Part shown: positions 58,950 to 64,000 of the stretch, one piece after another
Numbering within the stretch: the stretch's first letter is position 1
How the letters are laid out: the number at the start of each line of letters is the position of its first letter
Program-made: the position numbers and the translations under genes
Notes under the pieces: generated by a model
Seen by the model: the letters and a program-made list of their open reading frames with translations, nothing else
Told to the model about the DNA's origin: nothing
Databases searched by the model: none
NCBI RefSeq assembly: GCF_009914755.1
Contig: NC_060933.1
Strand: one strand, 5' to 3'
DNA from: the human T2T-CHM13v2.0 reference genome, Homo sapiens
Length of the DNA: 64,000 nucleotides

Positions 58950-59124
58950 GCAATCTGTCTCTCTTTTTCCTTAGTTCTCTCAGTGGGAATCTATCCCTGT
59001 TTCTTTCTCCTTAATTCTCTCAGTGGGACAAATAAGTGGACTATGACTTGTTTCTTGAGTATAGGTTCACGGAGAGGAGGGAGAACCTGGAGCTGGGTTT
59101 GAGCTGTAGAAATGAAGGAACGTG

Positions 59125-59380
59125 GACCAGGTGTGGCGGCTCACGCCTGTAATCTCAACATTTTGGGAGGCTGAGGCAGGAGAATCTCTTGAGGTCAGGA
59201 GTTTGAGATCAACCTGAGCCATAAAATGAGACCCTATCCCAACAAAAAATTGAAAAGATTAGCCAGGCATGGTAGCATACACCTGAAGTCACAGCTACTT
59301 GGGAGGCTGAGGTGGGAGGATGGCTTGAGCCCAGGAGTTTGAGGTTACAATGAGCTGTGATCATACCACTGCAGTCCAGC
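59125..59380 (+). mobile_element. AluJ, 3'-truncated
   Basis: Dimer ending at ccactgcagtccagc with no tail. Confidence 0.9.
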
Positions 59381-59498
59381 ATATGTTGTAGAACCGGGGT
59401 GGTTACTGAAGAGGAATGAAGGAGAAATAATAAATAAATGGGGAGGCTGGTCAGCATCTCCCTTCCCATACACCCATATAAGAATTACTCTCTTGCTG

Positions 59499-59500
59499 TT

Positions 59501-59547
<47 letters not shown>

Positions 59548-59829
59548 AAGACTGAGTCTTGCTCTTTTGCCCAGGCTGGAGTGCAGTGGCGCCATCTTGG
59601 GTCACTACAACCTTTGCCTCCTGGGTTCAAGTAATTCTCCTGCCTCAGCCTCCTGAGTAGCTGGGATTACAGGTATGCGCCACCATGCCCGGCTAATTTT
59701 TGTATTTTTAGTAGAGACGCGGTTTCACCATGTTAGCCAGGCTGGTCTTGAACTCCTGACCTCAAGTGATCCACCCTCCTCAGCCTCCCAAAGTGCTGGG
59801 ATTACAGGCGTGAGCCACTGCACCTGGCC
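59499..59829 (-). mobile_element. AluS with (TTG)n tail and TSD ctctcttgctgtt
   Basis: Antisense dimer; TSD on both sides. Confidence 0.95.
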
Positions 59830-61454
59830 CTCTCTTGCTGTTAACAGGTGATACTGAACCATTTCTTTATGGCCTAGTCTAAGGCACCTTGTCAGTGAAT
59901 ATCTCTGATTTAGAATTAGACTCTCAAAATCTATGGTTTTGGGAAAATAGATCTTCTCAGAAACAGAGAAAGCATTGGACCTCATCCCTGGTAAAAATGC
60001 ACACAAGCAAAAATTTTCACATGTAGTTTTTAGGGGTTCATAAGGTCAGCTTGCTCAAAGGATAGAGTATTTGGTTTTTAAAATATATATCAGGCGTGGG
60101 AGTTGGTGGGAAGCAGACAGGGAGTAATATTCTAAGATAGGCTTCCAGTGTTAAGCTAAGGGGTTTGGACTTAATCCTCCAGGGAGGGCACTGAGAACCC
60201 ATTAGAGGGCTTCAAGCAAGGCACTGACATGATCAGATTTGTGCTTTTGAAAACAATCACTCTGCAAACATCTATATTGGCCATAATCCCAACATTTGTT
60301 CATCCATTCACCTTAGGTGGAAAAATGCTGTTGACATGAAATGTTTTAATATTTCCTTTTAAAGCCAGTGATATCAGATGGCATATTAAGTGACCTAATT
60401 TTATAGATAGTGTGCTGTAGAAAGCAGTTTTGATGTAAGGACGTCAAAATCTTGTCAGATCATTGCTTTTCTAAGAGATGGTTTGCTTAGGCATTTGGTC
60501 TTATTGTAACTTTCATCATTATTATCTCATTGTTCGCTGCTTCTCAGCTTTTATCAGATCCATCTCTAGCAGAGAAAACTCCGGTAAGTAAAGCAAAATT
60601 GTAGAATGCCGTATTGGGAGCCTTCTAGAAGACCAGCGTATGCACACACTAGCTAAGGGATTTAGACCAAGTTCATCTCCTGGAGCCACGGTTTCCTTAT
60701 CTATACTATGGCATTAGAAACCCTATGTAGCTATGTAACAGTTGTGACAATCAAATGTGATCGTTAAAAGACAGTGCTTTGAAAACCATAACATATTACC
60801 CAAATGCAAGCTGATATTCATTTTCCTCTTAGTATTACCATCATATCTGAACATGTTTGGGTTAATACAGAGGAGCTGTGAAACTAAACGTTTGTGGTTT
60901 GCCTTTATGATGTTATATGGTTCTCCCTTTCTCCAAGTATCAAATGCTTTAGAGGTTTTTCTAGTATCCAGGCAACATATTGCCTCCACTTAGCCCTTGC
61001 AAAAACCTGAATTAAAAATAGACTCTGTTTGCTGTGTTCTGAAACTTAAACCTATATGTTTTAAAGGAGTCAAAGGTTCCCCTTGGCACTCAAAGGGGCA
61101 GTAGTCCTGTCCTAGCACTTTTAGAGCATATGCCAAGCCATGCAGAGGAAAGTGGAGAAGCTCAGTTGTGCAAAGCCGGCAACCCACCACCCTGTCACTG
61201 GTCTGTTGGTGGTATCCTGGAGGAAGGAAGGGAGCTCTGGCGGCTTAGAGTTTTCAGGGAAAGGACTATTGGTTCTAATACTGCAATCACCAACACTTCA
61301 CACAGAAGGTTCTTTGTCATCATCATGATTTACTAATCTCATCAGAGACACTCCAGGTAGTGTTTCACAGTGTTTTTTCACAGTTTCAAAGTACATCTGG
61401 CTTAATATTAGGATGTGCCTCAGACATTTCCACAAAGCAGACAAGATGCTTTTT

Positions 61455-61821
61455 TTCTATTTTATTTTTTTAATTGACAAGTAAAAATTATATGTATTTA
61501 TTGTGTACAACATGATGTTTTGAAATATGTATACGTTGTGAAATGGCTCTGTTGAGTTAGTTAATTGAGGTAGTGTGCATTTCCTCACATAGTTATTTTT
61601 TGTGATGAGAACACTTAAAATCTACTTTCTTGGTGATTTTTAACATACGATCATTGTTATTAATGTAGTCACCATATTGTACAATAGATCTCTTGGACTT
61701 ATTCCTCCTATCTAACTGAAATTTTGTCCTTGGACCAATATCTCCCCAAGCCCCCAGCCCCCAACCAGCCCCTGGTAACTGGCATTCTACTTCGAGTTCA
61801 ACATTTTTAGATTCCATATAT
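61455..61821 (-). mobile_element. L1MA 3' end with TSD aagatgcttttt
   Basis: tgtacaacatgatgttttgaaatatgtatac...tttttagattccatat; TSD near 61443 and 61822. Confidence 0.88.
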
Positions 61822-62179
61822 AAGATGCTTTTTAGTGATACCCAAATATATCACTATTAAAGCATTTAATTTTTACACAGACCTGGGGAGGAGGAAACTT
61901 TGAGGTGTCATTCCTAGTATGTCAGCAAAATGCCGCCTTTTGTTAATAGTCCCCATGTTACCAGTGGTGACATTAACGATGGTGTTTGTACAGCTTTACC
62001 AAGAAGTTTACAAGTTTTTCCTTGGCTTACCCGTGGGTGGGTATGATTGGAAGAAATAAAATTTTTACCCTTTTTTCACCAAAAGGAATGGCTCTCTCAG
62101 AGCTTTTGCTTTGTTGAGGTCAAACATTCATACTTAAAAGAGAACTTCCGACTTTGATTCTAGGCTCATTTTGCAAACA

Positions 62180-62600
62180 CTGATATGGAGGCAGCCTGAA
62201 TTTGGCAGTCAGACTCCACCACATACTAGCAAAGGGACTTGGGCAAGTCACTTAACCTTGCTGAGCCTTAAATCCACCTCTGTAAAATGGGAACAGTTGT
62301 TACTATGCCTCACGGTTCTGGAGAGGGTCAAATGAGTGAGGAGATTCTGATTTAGAGACAGTGGAGTGTAACTTGGGACTCTGGAGCCAGCCTCCCTAGA
62401 GGTGAGTCCCAGCTTCACCTTGTCAGTAGCTGTGTTACCTCGTGTAAGTTGCTAAACCTTCCTGAGCCAATAGAAATAGTAAGAGTGCCTACCTCATACA
62501 GTCGTGAGGATAAAAGGCTTAATATAACCAGAAAGCACTTAGAACAGTGCCTGCCATTTAGTAGTAAACACTACATTAGTATGTGCTATGATTATGATAG
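62180..62600. mobile_element. Two tandem MIRs
   Basis: ttgggcaagtcacttaacc...tctgtaaaatggg, then a second copy ending gcacttagaacagtgcctg. Confidence 0.75.
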
Positions 62601-62777
62601 ATTATGATCATAATTGTTATTATTCATATATCAAGTGCCTGGCATAAATTAGTTGGTCAAAAAAGATTAATAACTACTTTTATTATTTCTCCCATCAGAG
62701 CACCTGAAATTTAAATGCTCTGAAAGGAAAGTAATATTATTACCAGTCTGTTTTTGATTTAACTAAATATATAACAG

Positions 62778-62980
62778 CAGGGTTCTTTTCAAAATCTTAC
62801 TCCTCAGGGACTCAAAACTTAACCTTACACCAGAGGAGAAAGATTTTTTTCTTAGAACAAGAGCATATATTTGGTCCTCACTCCAGACCTTTGGAATCAG
62901 AAATTCTGGGGACATGACCGTCATCTGTTTTAGCAAGTATACCCAGTGATTCTCATGTTCCTGAAGTTTGATAACACTAG
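62778..62980. mobile_element. MER5/MER117-like hAT relic
   Basis: ctccagacc...gaatcagaaattctggg...gtgattct...aagtttga. Confidence 0.55.
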
Positions 62981-64000
62981 GTGTAGACTAGTCACAGCTT
63001 TGACTACCTTCTGTTGCCAGGGTGGAGACAAGAATTGGTTACTCTCTTTGGCAGGCTGTTCCAGCCCAAGAAGTGTTAAAATGATGTTATCGTGGTGGTT
63101 TTGTGAGTTAAGCAGATACAGATAGTTCTGGAAAGCAGCGTCAGGGGTGCGGTACGGGGGCTGCAGAGCACTTGGGCAGCATGTGAACCTGTTGATAGAT
63201 CTGGCTTAGAACAGTGTGGCGTATCGGGCCCTCTGGGAAGTGCTTATGTCACGTCTTGTGCCTTACCAGTCTGAGTGACGCATGGGAGAAGAGATGCCTT
63301 TTGAGTTTTTATGCAAGGTTAAAATGAAGAAAATCCATTTCAGCCTTTAAAAGTCAGAGCTACTGGTACAAAAGGTCACTGACGCCAAATGGTGGCATTG
63401 CAGAGCTCCGAGAGGGAGCATTAAAATAGCAGGGGGTTTTTTTGTTTGTTTGTTTTTTGTTTTTTTTTTTTAAGAAACACTGAATGCACTGTGGGCTTAA
63501 GTCTTAGTCTTTTGCCATCTTGCTGCCCTAGGATCTTAAATAAAAGGGCATGTGAAAAAAGAAAAACACGAAGACATTTTTCTACCTCCTTAAGTGTCAA
63601 GGATGTAGATAGTCGTCCTCACACTAAAGGTGACATAACCTTTATTGTAGAATAAGCAAAGTGATGAAATGATGCCCCTATGAGAAAGTAGTCTGTAGAT
63701 GGACTAGAGACCTAGCCCTGCTCTAGATGTAGTCTGTTTGGAGGTCAAGTTTGGATAACTGAAGATGACACTGCCTTGGGAAATGAAGCCAGTCTCAGAA
63801 GTGGTGTGGAGAGGTTGTAAGATATTAATCTGGCTCTGTATACACTGCATTCGTGTTGACAGAACAGCATCCCAATTGATTGAAAAGAATCTGCGAGCCA
63901 TCTGAATAGAAACAGTATTTAAGTCATTAAGAATGGATTGATTACCAGGGCAATTAAGGAGACCTGAGGATCAAGGACCGAATTCAGGGGACACTGCAAT

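Overview
Primate (almost certainly human) intronic DNA from the 5' part of PIP5K1B (phosphatidylinositol-4-phosphate 5-kinase type 1 beta), + strand. Only two exons are supported. One is an 85-nt 5'UTR exon (20005-20089). The other is a 69-nt first coding exon (24159-24227) that begins exactly at the ATG and encodes MSSAAENGEAAPGKQNEEKTYKK, which I recognise as the PIP5K1B N-terminus. The next coding exon was not found in the window. The rest is repeat-rich intron: about 18 Alu/FLAM copies or fragments, old L1M/L1ME and L1PA fragments, L2, MIR, a CR1/L3 RT relic, MaLR/ERVL LTRs, MER DNA-transposon relics and microsatellites. The supplied ORF track is essentially noise. Notable observations: (1) two uORFs in the UTR exon chained by an ATGA overlap, the second crossing the splice junction and overlapping the main ATG; (2) splice and polyA signals for a minus-strand spliced RNA covering the start-codon exon; (3) a 285-bp, about 93% identical, gap-free inverted duplication (57314-57598 / 58665-58949) that includes non-repeat DNA and is inserted into an L2. 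No wholly new protein-coding system is evident. Repeat boundaries and subfamily names were assigned by eye and are approximate.
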